A stretch of DNA of 64,000 bases from Longimicrobiales bacterium (lineage in GTDB: Bacteria > Gemmatimonadota > Gemmatimonadetes > Longimicrobiales > Gaopeijiaceae): the NCBI GenBank assembly GCA_965198065.1, contig CBDAON010000004.1, forward strand, positions 1,344,001-1,408,000, written 5' to 3'. How positions within the stretch are numbered: position 1 is the first letter of the stretch; every line of letters starts with the position of its first letter. Made by a program: the position numbers and the translations under genes. A model generated the notes under the pieces. The model saw only the letters and a program-made list of their open reading frames with translations, was not told where the DNA came from and made no database searches. This document shows positions 10,217 to 20,126 of this stretch, one piece after another.

Positions 10217-10777
10217 ATGGAACCGATGAAGAAGGCTCGCCGCAGTAAGAAGCTCCAGGAGGAACGAGCGCAACGAGCGGCCGGTATGGTTCTCATTGTA
10301 CTGTTCGGCTTGCTCGTAGTCCATGGCTGTACTCGCGGTGACGACCGCGAGATACAGGCCGCACTGGACCTCGAAGAGCAAGGAGATTTCGCCGAAGCCG
10401 CGCGCCTGTTTCGCGAGCTGGCCGATCAAGAGAATGCAGAGGCGCAGTACGCTCTCGGGTACAGGTATGATGCCGGTATCGGCGTCCTGGAAGACGACGC
10501 CGAGGCATTGCGCCTAATATCCTTGTCAGCTGCACAAGGGTTCGCCCCTGCTCAACGCTCCATCGCGCTTAGATACGCCACCGGGACAGGTGGCGTGGGT
10601 GAGAGGGACTTTGTACTCGCGCACATGTGGTTTAACCTGGCCTCGGTCAACGGAAGCGATTTTGCATTCGACGACAGGACCGACATCGAGCTGTCCCTGA
10701 CAGCCGACGAACTCGAACGCGCTCTGGAGCTTGCCCGTCGATGTCTGGACTCGGGCTATCAGGAATGCGGGCTGTAG
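10217..10777 (+). CDS. Sel1-repeat membrane-anchored protein
   Basis: AEAQYALGYRYDAGIGVLEDDAEA, AAQGFAPAQ, AHMWFNLAS repeats; N-terminal TM helix. Confidence 0.85.
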   Translation: MEPMKKARRSKKLQEERAQRAAGMVLIVLFGLLVVHGCTRGDDREIQAALDLEEQGDFAEAARLFRELADQENAEAQYALGYRYDAGIGVLEDDAEALRLISLSAAQGFAPAQRSIALRYATGTGGVGERDFVLAHMWFNLASVNGSDFAFDDRTDIELSLTADELERALELARRCLDSGYQECGL

Positions 10778-12104
10778 AAATAGCCGATGTCCGACCTCGG
10801 GTTGGCTGGCGCTCTCTCCGACCCTAGAAAAGAGCACAAACCCGAAGGGGACCGGTGTCCCCTCGGGGTCTGCGATCATCGAAGCCCTGGCATGGCCTGG
10901 CGTGGCTCGGCAGGGCAAGGCAGGGCAAGTAAGACGGGACGCGGCAGCGTTCGACACGCTTCCCCCGCCCTACGGGATCGCTAGTCGAACAGACTCGGTG
11001 GGGCCGCCGCTTGGAGCTCCCCTCGGGGCGTGTCCCGGAATCGGTGGGCTGCGCGAAGAGCTCTAGCTGACGTGGCCTAATAGCTCCTGCCTGACCGGCT
11101 AGCCGCGTCCCCGTGGCGGATCACAAGATCGGCGCACGACTCGCACACGAGTCACTCGGCCCAAGCCGCGCCGCTCGGCCGAGGCTGCGGGGACGTGGTG
11201 AGTGGCCTCCGGTCGCGTCGCGGTCCCCGGGCCAATCTTCCCGTCGTCACGTTATCTCGGCATCCGTTCATCCGTTCGCGGCTAGGGAGAGCCCAGGGAA
11301 TCCGTTTCGCTCCGGTGGAAATAATGGTGGGAACAGCGCCACTCCTAAATCCGTAAAGCCTTTATAGTAAATGGATTAGTAGTGCGCGGAGAAACAGACA
11401 AAACGGCCTACGGCAGATCACTGATCGTTCCGATCCGACAACGCAGCCGAAGCGTCTCTCTGAACCGACCCGCATCGTCCAACCCGAATCAGGTTGGAAG
11501 AGAGTCCATGTCAGCGGCAGGCGTGAGTCAGGCCATGGCTTTGCGTTCATGCTCGGCCAGGATTCGGGGAGTGCCTCGGTTACCGAACTGTCCCGGATCG
11601 AACGCACTTCGATCGACCGTGATCGAGGCTTTCCTCAGGCCCTCCGGGAGAAGCTCGATCGGGCGCTGGCGGAGCCCGATCCGGCTGTGGGACGTGGTTG
11701 ACCTCCTGGAATCTCCCCTCTCTTGCCGTGCTTGACACTGCACGGAACCGGCTCCTCAATGTAGCTGGTATGGACACCCTGACGGCCCTGCACCGGCTGC
11801 CTCGAATCACGATCCGCGCAGGCCGCCGCCTTCGCACCGGGCATACCTCCGATGTTCTGATCCCTGGGCCCGGGACAGGCCATGGGACGACAAGAGACCG
11901 GCATGCGTTACCGAGCCCTCACTGCCGCCCTGCCGCAGGGCCAGATGAACGCCTCCGTGGGCCGAGTACTCGCCTGTCAGGCCGTCGAGCAGGCGAACCG
12001 GATTTGCCGTGGTGGTCAACAATCCTGTGTGCCCAATCACATTTCGAACCGGCTTATATGAAACCGCATCTTTCCAGAGAGATTTATTCTTGCTCTTCGC
12101 ATCC

Positions 12105-12552
12105 TGGCCAAGGTCCCGCATCGCCTGCGCAAGCGTGTGGCGCGCGAGGTTGCCGCCGTCTTCCGGGCCCCCGGGCTCGCTAAGGCGAAGAAGCGCCTGG
12201 CCGAGATCACGGCGCGCTGGCACAACGAACTCCCCGAGGCAATGAGGGTGCTCGAGCGGGGCTTCACGGCCGCCATCCAGTTCTACGCGTTTCCCGAGCC
12301 CCACTGGGCCAGGCTACGCACCACGAACAGCCTCGAGCGCCTGCACACCGAGATCAAGCGTCGAATCCGGAGCGCCGGCGCCTTCCCTGACTGAGCCAGT
12401 GCACTCCGCCTCATCACCGCGGTTGCTCTGAGGACTACTGCGGTCTGGAGCGAGCGCCGTTACCTGGACCTCTCACTCCTCGAGCCCAAGGAGGTCGCCA
12501 AGGCAGCCTAACCGAAGCATCGAGGAGCTTCCTCTCACTTTTGGACTTGACC
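12105..12552 (+). mobile_element. IS256-family transposase 3' remnant with right end
   Basis: LRTTNSLERLHTEIKRR; near-identical to the reverse complement of 22471-22930; premature TGA at 12392. Confidence 0.9.
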
Positions 12553-12600
12553 CTCGAGGCTCGGTCCTTCGGCGGTTCTGCGACTCGACATCATGGTCCA

Positions 12601-13467
12601 TCAGACCGGTTGCAGGTTGACGAACTCCGTAAAGTCGTCCGTACCATCGGACTGGATCGCATACCGGAATCGGAGTTCATCTCTGTCGTCGCGACGCCTG
12701 GCATTCTTGATTGCGAGCACTTGAATGGCTGCGTAGAAGCCCCCCGTGTTGCGCAGTACGACGATTTGGCCGAGGGATGGTTTCCGAGAGCGAGACGTGT
12801 AGTCCAGCGACGCGGCACACTCCACCTGCGAGATCGACCTGCATCCGCAGGCCAGCCCGACGCCGTTGATGGACGGGGGATCGTTGTAAACATGAATCCT
12901 AGTGTCACTCGCACTAGACCACTTAGTTTCGAATTCCAGCACTCCAAAGCCGATGACGTAGCGCCCGTTGTAGCTGCTGTAGTCGAATACGACTTCGCCG
13001 GTCGGCGATGTCATTCTTGGCGGCGGTACCTGGGACGCTTTGCCGGCGAAGGGCTGGACGCCCAGTTTGTTGGCGATCATTGTCGCGAGTTGCGCGGGCG
13101 TGTGCTTCCGGGCGCATTCGTAGATGACGTCCGTCGGCAGACCGGGCACCCGCGTGTCATCGAAGCGAACGGGAAGGATGTACTCGTCCTTCTCCTCGAT
13201 CATGCGGCTAAGGGCCGACCGCCTTTCATGATTGGGCCAAGCCTTTGACACATAGGCTTCGGAAATGAACATTACGACGTAGGCGCTCTTTTCGGCGAAT
13301 GCTTCATGGAATGCTTCCGCGCCGCGCCGGCCCCAAAGACCGACCTTTTCGAAGCCGTCGTAGAAGACGTCGATGGATCGGCTCTGGAGATGCCGTGCGA
13401 CCTCTTCCACATAATCCCGCTGTTCCCCGGCAAAAGACAGCGCTACTTGATACTTCGGGCCGGTCAT
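12601..13467 (-). CDS. TIR-domain protein with uncharacterised C-terminal beta-rich domain
   Basis: YQVALSFAGEQR, VFYD, FISEAYVSKAWPNHE (putative catalytic Glu), ILPVRFDD. Confidence 0.9.
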   Translation of the reverse strand: MTGPKYQVALSFAGEQRDYVEEVARHLQSRSIDVFYDGFEKVGLWGRRGAEAFHEAFAEKSAYVVMFISEAYVSKAWPNHERRSALSRMIEEKDEYILPVRFDDTRVPGLPTDVIYECARKHTPAQLATMIANKLGVQPFAGKASQVPPPRMTSPTGEVVFDYSSYNGRYVIGFGVLEFETKWSSASDTRIHVYNDPPSINGVGLACGCRSISQVECAASLDYTSRSRKPSLGQIVVLRNTGGFYAAIQVLAIKNARRRDDRDELRFRYAIQSDGTDDFTEFVNLQPV

Positions 13468-13653
13468 CGGACTCCCTCTCTACCGACCATTCGTCTGCGG
13501 CCGGGTCTGTCGAAGGGCTTCGCCGCCATTGCCCCTGGTTGGAAGGTAGCACGGCGCGTAGCGCGGAGCGCCATATCGTGCCACTCCCGATCAGCCGGTG
13601 AGGATAGGTGATCACCCGACCTTGCAGCTCCGGAGACATCCAGGTTACGCACC

Positions 13654-13810
13654 TGGTGAGTTGACGGGGCCGATTTGAGTTGAGCGGCCTCCGCTCCGGA
13701 TCGACTCGCGATCCGGAGGCCAGGTGAGATGAAGCTGAGCAAGGAGCAGGTGAGGGTGGCGAAGGGGCTGGCAGAGCGGGGCAGATCGGTGCGGAGGCTT
13801 GCTGGGAGAT
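13654..13810 (+). mobile_element. IS21-like left end and transposase N-terminal stub
   Basis: TG-starting end with repeated GAGTTGA; MKLSKEQVRVAKGLAERGRSVRRLA HTH start. Confidence 0.5.
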
Positions 13811-13998
13811 CTTCTCCTGGAATATGGACGGGTTGATGATCCCTAGGAGAACAGTTGGAGAAGAGCGGGGGCCAAGCTACGCGTAACGAAAGGCTGGGTG
13901 AGCGGTCCGTCGAACGGGGTGCCGGTCTGGGAACTGTACGTGTCCCACGCTGTAGAGCTAGCGATGCAGTTCAGACATCCACCAGGGATGCTCAGCAA

Positions 13999-15375
13999 AT
14001 GTCGAACGATGTGAATTCCCGCCTCTCCGATCTACTGGCCAACCTCCGTGAGTCCCCTGAAGTAGAAGTCAAGGGCTGGCTCGACCTGGAGAACAACAAC
14101 CAGCACAAGGCACGTCTCGCGAAGGCAACTCTTGCGTTGGCGAATCATGGTGGTGGCTGGGTTGTGTTGGGATTCAAGGAGGTTGATGGGACCATGGTGG
14201 AGGCTGAAGACTATCCAGCCACGCTCAACCCATATAACCAGGATCTGATCAACGGAATCGTTCGACGGTATTGCGAGCCAGAGTTTCATTGCACGGTGCA
14301 CCTGGTTCCGCATGGAGGCAAGATTTTTCCGGTGGTGGAGGTACCGGGTGGGCATGACGTTCCTGTGCGTGCCCGACGGGCAGGGGCCGATGAGAAGATT
14401 CTTCAGATGAATGCCATCTATATTCGCAAGCCGGGCCCTCGTAGCGAGCCACCGCAAAGCGGACAGGAATGGGACCGTCTCCTAGCTCGGTGCCTGAGCA
14501 ACCGAAGTGATGAACTGCTTGGCCATATTCAACGCATAGTGAGCGGGGCCGCGTCGCAAGAACGGCTTGCATCCGACAACGAGCGCCTTGATGAGTGGAT
14601 TACCACATGCTTCGATCGTTGGTCTTCACTGATCGATCAGTTACCGCCAGAAGCCATAGGGCCTAGGTTTTCATACGGCTGTTACAACTTCGCGTATGAG
14701 ATCGTGGGCGATGCGCGGGAGACTACGCTTGCCCAGCTACCGCATGTCTTGCAACGAAGCGTTGTCCACCTTACAGGATGGCCACCGTTTTGGTTTCCAA
14801 CACGAAAGGGAATCGCACCATACCCTGCGGATGGTGCCGTGGAATGCTGGATAGGCGGAGACACCGATGCAGAGCCGGGGGCACATGCTCCGGATGATTC
14901 GGATTTTTGGAGGATCAGTCTGGATGGATATGCCTTTTTGTTAAGAGGCTATCGCGAGGATCAAGGTGATCTGCAGTTCGCAGGGCAAGGAACCGCGGAG
15001 CCCGGAACGGTTTTCAGTGTCACAAAGCCGGTATGGCGCGTTGGCGAGACACTCCTGCAGGCCCAACGCCTAGCAGAGAATCTGTTCGAAGGCCCTACAA
15101 CAATTCGATTCTCTGCTAAGTACACTGGGCTCAAGGGACGATCATTGGTGAGAATAAATGGAGGAAGGCATATAATGAGAGGATTGATCTCCCGTCAAGA
15201 AGCAATCACCCCAAAAACTGTGACTATAGACTCAACGACTATCAGTACCAGTCTGCCTCAAATAGTTCATAGAATTTTGTCGCCACTATACGAGTTATTC
15301 AGTTTCTTTCAGCTCCCAATGGACCTAGTCGTGGAAGAGCTAGACTGTATGCGTAAGAGAGGCATTACTAGCTGA
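13999..15375 (+). CDS. Schlafen/AlbA_2-domain protein
   Basis: RESPEVEVKGWLD, LAKATLALANHGGGWVVLG, IYIR motifs; long C-terminal domain of unknown function. Confidence 0.85.
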   Translation: MSNDVNSRLSDLLANLRESPEVEVKGWLDLENNNQHKARLAKATLALANHGGGWVVLGFKEVDGTMVEAEDYPATLNPYNQDLINGIVRRYCEPEFHCTVHLVPHGGKIFPVVEVPGGHDVPVRARRAGADEKILQMNAIYIRKPGPRSEPPQSGQEWDRLLARCLSNRSDELLGHIQRIVSGAASQERLASDNERLDEWITTCFDRWSSLIDQLPPEAIGPRFSYGCYNFAYEIVGDARETTLAQLPHVLQRSVVHLTGWPPFWFPTRKGIAPYPADGAVECWIGGDTDAEPGAHAPDDSDFWRISLDGYAFLLRGYREDQGDLQFAGQGTAEPGTVFSVTKPVWRVGETLLQAQRLAENLFEGPTTIRFSAKYTGLKGRSLVRINGGRHIMRGLISRQEAITPKTVTIDSTTISTSLPQIVHRILSPLYELFSFFQLPMDLVVEELDCMRKRGITS

Positions 15376-15424
15376 TGAGAATACAAAAGAGGTTGCAATC
15401 CAAAGCTGATCCTGAGCGGTGGCC

Positions 15425-16456
15425 CTAGAGCGAGCGGTTCTCCTGGTCGAAGAACGTATCGCCATCGTACGAGGAGAGCTTGAACACTTCGAATCCGGAC
15501 TGGAGTAGCCCAAGTAACTTGGTCTTGGCTTCGCCTTCGCTCATAGAGTAGTTGACTACATGCTCGAGCTTCTCCCGCTCGACAGGCAAGTGCTCGACAG
15601 AAAGGTCTCGGAAAGTGTGCCAAAGGACGGAGAGAGCCTTGAGCACTTCAGAGGTGTGCCAGTCGAAGAGGATCGCGGCCTGCTCCTTAAGGTAGTCTCG
15701 CTCGAAGTACTGCTTGAACTGGGGCAAGGCCAGGTTGAAGTCGAGTTGAAAGTAGCCGTCGAACGAGTAATTCTCTTCGTTGCGATCCCGAGTTAGATGG
15801 TCGCGAGGGATGCCCCACGGGCTGTCGTCGTCGAGAAGGGGCTCTGGGAATACGAAAAAGGTGAGTTCAAGGGACTTGGGTAGACTCCGGTAGTCCTCCC
15901 ACACGTCTCGGTGGGCCCTGACCGGCTTTCGATCGAATTGAAGCGTCGCGCATGCCCCCGGAAGGTCAAGATCGAGGCGCATTCGATACGACTGCGCATT
16001 TTCGTGGAGACGTCGAGCTAGCTCTTCATTGAAATGGGGACTTCGTTCATGGAGTTGGTATGACTGCTTTCCCAGTAGCGTCGTGACTGACCGAGCCAGG
16101 TAGAACTTCGCGTAATACGTCGTGATGTTGAGCCAATGAAGCAGGCCGCCTTCCATCAAGTTGCGGGCTGCTATGTAGTTGTAGAACCCCTTGTAGAAGT
16201 GGAACAGCGCCTCATGGAGGATGATCGGACGAACCGCGACGAGCTCATCCCCTTCGAGCGAAAGCTCGATCCGCCCGTTGCTCGATGGCGTGTCATCGAG
16301 GCGTAACGCATCTCGTGTCGCCCTCGCCAGGTTCAGTTCACTTGGGCGTCTCGGCAGCTTTTTTGCAGGCCAGTAGTCGGTGTTGGCGTAGAAGCTTTGG
16401 AGATCATCTTTACTTGTCATGCGAGCCCTTAATTCAGACCACAGGTAACGCGCCAC
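15425..16456 (-). CDS. Divergent HEPN-like protein (putative RNase)
   Basis: AARNLMEGG..W..ITTYYAKFYLARS and RDRNEENY resemble HEPN YYA.F..A and R(N)xxxY motifs; start could be ATG 16420. Confidence 0.6.
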   Translation of the reverse strand: MARYLWSELRARMTSKDDLQSFYANTDYWPAKKLPRRPSELNLARATRDALRLDDTPSSNGRIELSLEGDELVAVRPIILHEALFHFYKGFYNYIAARNLMEGGLLHWLNITTYYAKFYLARSVTTLLGKQSYQLHERSPHFNEELARRLHENAQSYRMRLDLDLPGACATLQFDRKPVRAHRDVWEDYRSLPKSLELTFFVFPEPLLDDDSPWGIPRDHLTRDRNEENYSFDGYFQLDFNLALPQFKQYFERDYLKEQAAILFDWHTSEVLKALSVLWHTFRDLSVEHLPVEREKLEHVVNYSMSEGEAKTKLLGLLQSGFEVFKLSSYDGDTFFDQENRSL

Positions 16457-16475
16457 TGTGCCGGCCAGGCATGTC

Positions 16476-16513
16476 CGCTAACGGATCTTGGCAGACGTGT
16501 CCGATTGTTGCAC
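16476..16513 (-). other. Internally deleted attC remnant
   Basis: GTGCAAC AATCGG ... GTTAGCG followed by GACATGCCT, the same 3' context as the attC at 17430. Confidence 0.5.
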
Positions 16514-16545
16514 TTCAAACTTGATCTCAAGAGTCCTGCCGGCGA

Positions 16546-17370
16546 CTACAGGATGCTATCCATGATCCCGCGAGCAATGTCGAGAGACGCCTGGTCCCTG
16601 TCAGGCCACTGTGTGATCGGGATACCATCCTCTGGTAGCCCTTGCAGCTCGCCGAAAGGCGTGACGTTCCAATCACAAGCGCGCAGGACCACAGGAATAA
16701 CTCGAGCCGTGCCATCCCTGTGTCGGCGAAGAGCGATCTCACCTTCGACTTCGTAGCAATATCGAGATGCCAGAAAGTCAGGACTCATGAAAAGTAGGAT
16801 AACGTGAGCCTGCTCGATCCTCTCGTCGACCTCGGTTCGCCATTCGTCGCCCGCAGGAATCATCCGGTCGTGCCATTTCACGATCTCACCAAGGCGTTCG
16901 CGCACTACGAGTTGCAGCCGGACCACGTCCATTAGCGCTTCATCTTCATGCGTGTAGGAGAAGAAGATCTCGATGGGGCGTGCCGCAATGGGCGGCTGAG
17001 GGGCACCGCGCTGAGGAGGAGACGCCGCCAGTTGGCGCTCCGACGGCGGCGGATCGAGCGCTAGCAATCGGGTCGCGATAGCCCTGCAGCGCTCGGCCCC
17101 AGTGTGCCCCGGCCTGTAGGACTCAGCGTACTCGACCAGTTCACGGAGGATCTCCCCCACTAGCTGATCTGGCGCACGATCCCAGAAGCTTCGCATCCGG
17201 TTGGCCTTCGAGCCGCTATGCCCCTCAAGATACGGAGCACCGTCGATGTCGACGTCGAAGTCCCGGAAAAAGTCAGCAAACGTCCGGTCACTGAAGTTCA
17301 AGACGTAGCCGCCACCCATCTCGAGAAACTCTTCGAGGACATTCTTTTCCCGAAACCTCAGCGATGCCAT
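16546..17370 (-). CDS. AbiJ-type N-terminal domain fused to TIR domain
   Basis: EKNVLEEFLEMGGGYVLNFSDRTF...SKANRMRSFW, Pro-rich linker, IFFSYTHED...WHDRMIPAGDEW...SPDFLASRYCYEVE. Confidence 0.85.
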   Translation of the reverse strand: MASLRFREKNVLEEFLEMGGGYVLNFSDRTFADFFRDFDVDIDGAPYLEGHSGSKANRMRSFWDRAPDQLVGEILRELVEYAESYRPGHTGAERCRAIATRLLALDPPPSERQLAASPPQRGAPQPPIAARPIEIFFSYTHEDEALMDVVRLQLVVRERLGEIVKWHDRMIPAGDEWRTEVDERIEQAHVILLFMSPDFLASRYCYEVEGEIALRRHRDGTARVIPVVLRACDWNVTPFGELQGLPEDGIPITQWPDRDQASLDIARGIMDSIL

Positions 17371-17429
17371 GCGGCTCCAACCGTCTTCATGGGACTCCTA
17401 ACTTAAGATTGTGCCGTTCAAGGCATGTC

Positions 17430-17518
17430 TTCTAACGTTCAGAGGTTGCCAGCGCGGCTCCGTCCGCGCTTCACCGGAGCGAACGTAGTGAGCGAAGGCG
17501 GCAACCGCATTGTTATCG
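17430..17518 (-). other. Integron attC recombination site
   Basis: Minus strand CGATAAC-AATGC-GGTTGCC...GGCAACC-TCTGAAC-GTTAGAA, 89 bp, internal hairpin; lies between two co-oriented ORFs. Confidence 0.75.
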
Positions 17519-17582
17519 GACGGCGCCACCTGATAGCCAACCGCACCGAAAAAGTGCGCGCTGATCCCACAGGGATTCTCGC

Positions 17583-18015
17583 TCACCTGCGGCTGGGCCA
17601 GAAACGTCTATCTGGGAACACGCTCTCCAGACGCTCGATCAGCGCGTCGGCGGCTCTGCTGGGACTGGGATACGATTCTCCGCCCATGGTGAAGCCAGCG
17701 TTTAGCCGCAGGTCCAATTGCTCGGTACCGACCAGTTCGGGGTCGGCACCAAGCGAGAAGACATCAACAACGGAGTCTCCGATCACCGATAAGCGGACTT
17801 CGGCGAGGCTAGGCGGGTTGCCATTCACCACGGGTCTTCGCGCCGCCTCGCGCGGGAGCAGAACTGCGATAGCCGTCACTGTCGGGTCCCGATCTGGCAC
17901 TATCACGGTTCGCCGAATCGGACTTACTTCGAAGCGAGAGGAACGCCCTCTCGCGAAGAGCTCCGATCTAAGTTCCTCAAGCGCTGCCGCATTTATCACC
18001 AAGTCGGATGGGTCT
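17583..18015 (-). pseudogene. 5'-truncated hypothetical cassette ORF
   Basis: Open frame begins at an IS256 end and is followed by attC. Confidence 0.55.
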
Positions 18016-18357
18016 CGAGCTAGGATCAAAGGGTGTGTAAAAAGAGAGGCGACGTACCTTTGCGCTGAGATTTAAAGCAGCGAGCCCGGGTGACAGCCCG
18101 GGGAAAGGAACGTCGCCTCATGAGAGAGGATATCGCGGGAGCCCAGGGTGCGTCCAGCAGGCCGATGTGGGAGACGCTCGAGGGGATGGTTCGGGAGAAG
18201 GCGCAGGAGTTCATCCAACAGATCATGGAGGAGGAAGTGACGGAGTTGTTAGGCCGGGAGAAGTCAGAGCGCAGGAGTACGGTGGACTCGGCCGAGGGCT
18301 ACCGCAACGGATATGGCAAGCCGAGGCGGTTGGCGATGAGCTCGGGCACGATCACGC
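18016..18357 (+). mobile_element. IS256-family left end and transposase N-terminal fragment
   Basis: GGTGTGTAAAAAG end motif; IMEEEVTELLGR..ER...GYRNGY. Confidence 0.85.
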
Positions 18358-18764
18358 CATGGACCGACAACGAATCCGAACACGAGACGAGAAAATCGCG
18401 GATCGATCCACGCACGAATCGACCTACTTTCGCCAGAGAGCATCCGGCGATGGGGAACCATGGCTGCGAGAGAGATGGTCTGCCATGCCGCCGATCAGCT
18501 AAGGGTCGCACTCGGCGATCTCAAGTTACATGCAGGACCGCTCCGGCTCAGATTCAGCGGTCGGGAAGTAAAGGTGACACCGGGGCTCCTCAGGTTCAGA
18601 TCCTTTCGACGGGGCCTGGGTCGGAAGGCTTCCCCGTCAAGCGGACCACGCATAGTTGGACTCCGGCGCTAGTGTTCGCGCGCGCTTTCTTCGCTCCACG
18701 GGGACGCTCGGGCGATTGATCTCTGCGGATATTAGTCGCGCCGTGTTGAGACAAAGACGGCAGA

Positions 18765-20000
18765 TCAACGGACCGGTTCGGCCTCCGGGTCGCGACTCTT
18801 GTCGGCCAGGTACGCAGCCCAATCGTCCATGAGCCGACGTCGGCGCTCGAACAGGTCAGTGCGCCGATAGGCCGCCTCGACCCTGTTCTGGACGACATGC
18901 GCCAAGGCTGCCTCGATGACCTCGCGCGGGTGGTCCGTCTCCTCGGCTGCCCAATCGCGGAAGCTGGAGCGAAACCCGTGCGGCACGGCCGCGATCCCGT
19001 GCTTCCCGAGCATCCGGCGCAGTTGCTTCTCCTCGAGCTGCTTGCCGAGCCGATTGGGAAACAGATACGGACTGGTTCCCTTCACCAGCGTCCGTGCCCC
19101 GTCCAGAATCTCCAGTGCACGACCACACAGCGGTACCCGGTGCTCGCGGTTCGCCTTCGTCCGCCTGGCCGGGACAGTCCACACACCCTCGTCCCGATCA
19201 ATCTCGGTCCATTCGGCCCACCGCACCTCACCCCATCGTGCCGCCGTCAGCACCAGGAACTCGAACGCCAGCCGGACGGCCAGCGGCACCGTTGATGCCC
19301 GCGCAGTCTGGATGGCCGCGGCCACCTCGCGATGCGGCAGCGCCCGCATGTGCTGCACGACGTCACGCTGTGGACCCAGGACCGGGTCGATCCGGTCACA
19401 GGGGTTGTCGATCCGGAACTCCATCGCCACCGCCCACTCCAACACCGCGCGGATGCGCTGCCGCAACCGCCGGGCGGTGTCCGCCTTCGTGTGCCAGATG
19501 GGAGCGAGGATCTCCAGCACGTCGGCGCTAGTGACCTCCGAGACCGGCATCTTCCCGATGCGCGGGAAGGCGTACCGCTCGAAGGTCAAGATCCACTCGC
19601 GGCCGTGCGCCCGATTTCGCCAGCCGGCTTGCTTCTGTTCTACCACACGCGCGGTGGCTTCGGCGAAGCTCGGCACACCCTCCGCACGACGCTTCTCGGC
19701 AAGCGGGTCGCCACCCTCGCGGGCCAGCTTACGGTTGGCCAGCGCCTTTTCCCGGGCCTCGGCGAGGGAGACCAGCGCGACGCTGCCGAGCCCGAGCTCG
19801 CGGCGCCGACCCCGGATGAGCAGGCGCTGAATCCAGCTTCGGGTTCCGCTCGGCTGGACGAAGAGGTACAACCCGTTGCCGTCCGCGTGTCTTCCAGGCG
19901 GGGCCGTGCGCACGAAGGCGGCCGACAGGGCCTTGTCTGGATGGCGGCCCTTGGGCTTGGTTTTCCGCGGCGGAGTGGCCTTGTTCGTTACAGTAACCAT
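18765..20000 (-). CDS. P4-like tyrosine integrase
   Basis: Paralog of 3912-5090; LTAARWGE, HGFRSSFRDW, ALAH, AAY intact. Confidence 0.95.
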   Translation of the reverse strand: MVTVTNKATPPRKTKPKGRHPDKALSAAFVRTAPPGRHADGNGLYLFVQPSGTRSWIQRLLIRGRRRELGLGSVALVSLAEAREKALANRKLAREGGDPLAEKRRAEGVPSFAEATARVVEQKQAGWRNRAHGREWILTFERYAFPRIGKMPVSEVTSADVLEILAPIWHTKADTARRLRQRIRAVLEWAVAMEFRIDNPCDRIDPVLGPQRDVVQHMRALPHREVAAAIQTARASTVPLAVRLAFEFLVLTAARWGEVRWAEWTEIDRDEGVWTVPARRTKANREHRVPLCGRALEILDGARTLVKGTSPYLFPNRLGKQLEEKQLRRMLGKHGIAAVPHGFRSSFRDWAAEETDHPREVIEAALAHVVQNRVEAAYRRTDLFERRRRLMDDWAAYLADKSRDPEAEPVR

Positions 20001-20126
20001 CCCCGCATAATATAGGGGATGCAAGCGGATATCAATGGATGCTAAGTCGGAAGAATCCGCTAGGCTAGGTCAGTAACTCGTTGTTATAGAAGCTAGTTAT
20101 GGACTTAACTGGACGATACTGCACAC

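Noticed and set aside
15376..15425. Possible attC after the Schlafen gene
   Set aside because: Only vague resemblance; lacks proper AAC and GTT cores and is too short
12601..17370. Canonical Thoeris, CBASS or Pycsar assignment
   Set aside because: No SIR2/SLOG, Macro, cyclase or nucleotidyltransferase partner nearby; the LOG gene is 30 kb away in another context
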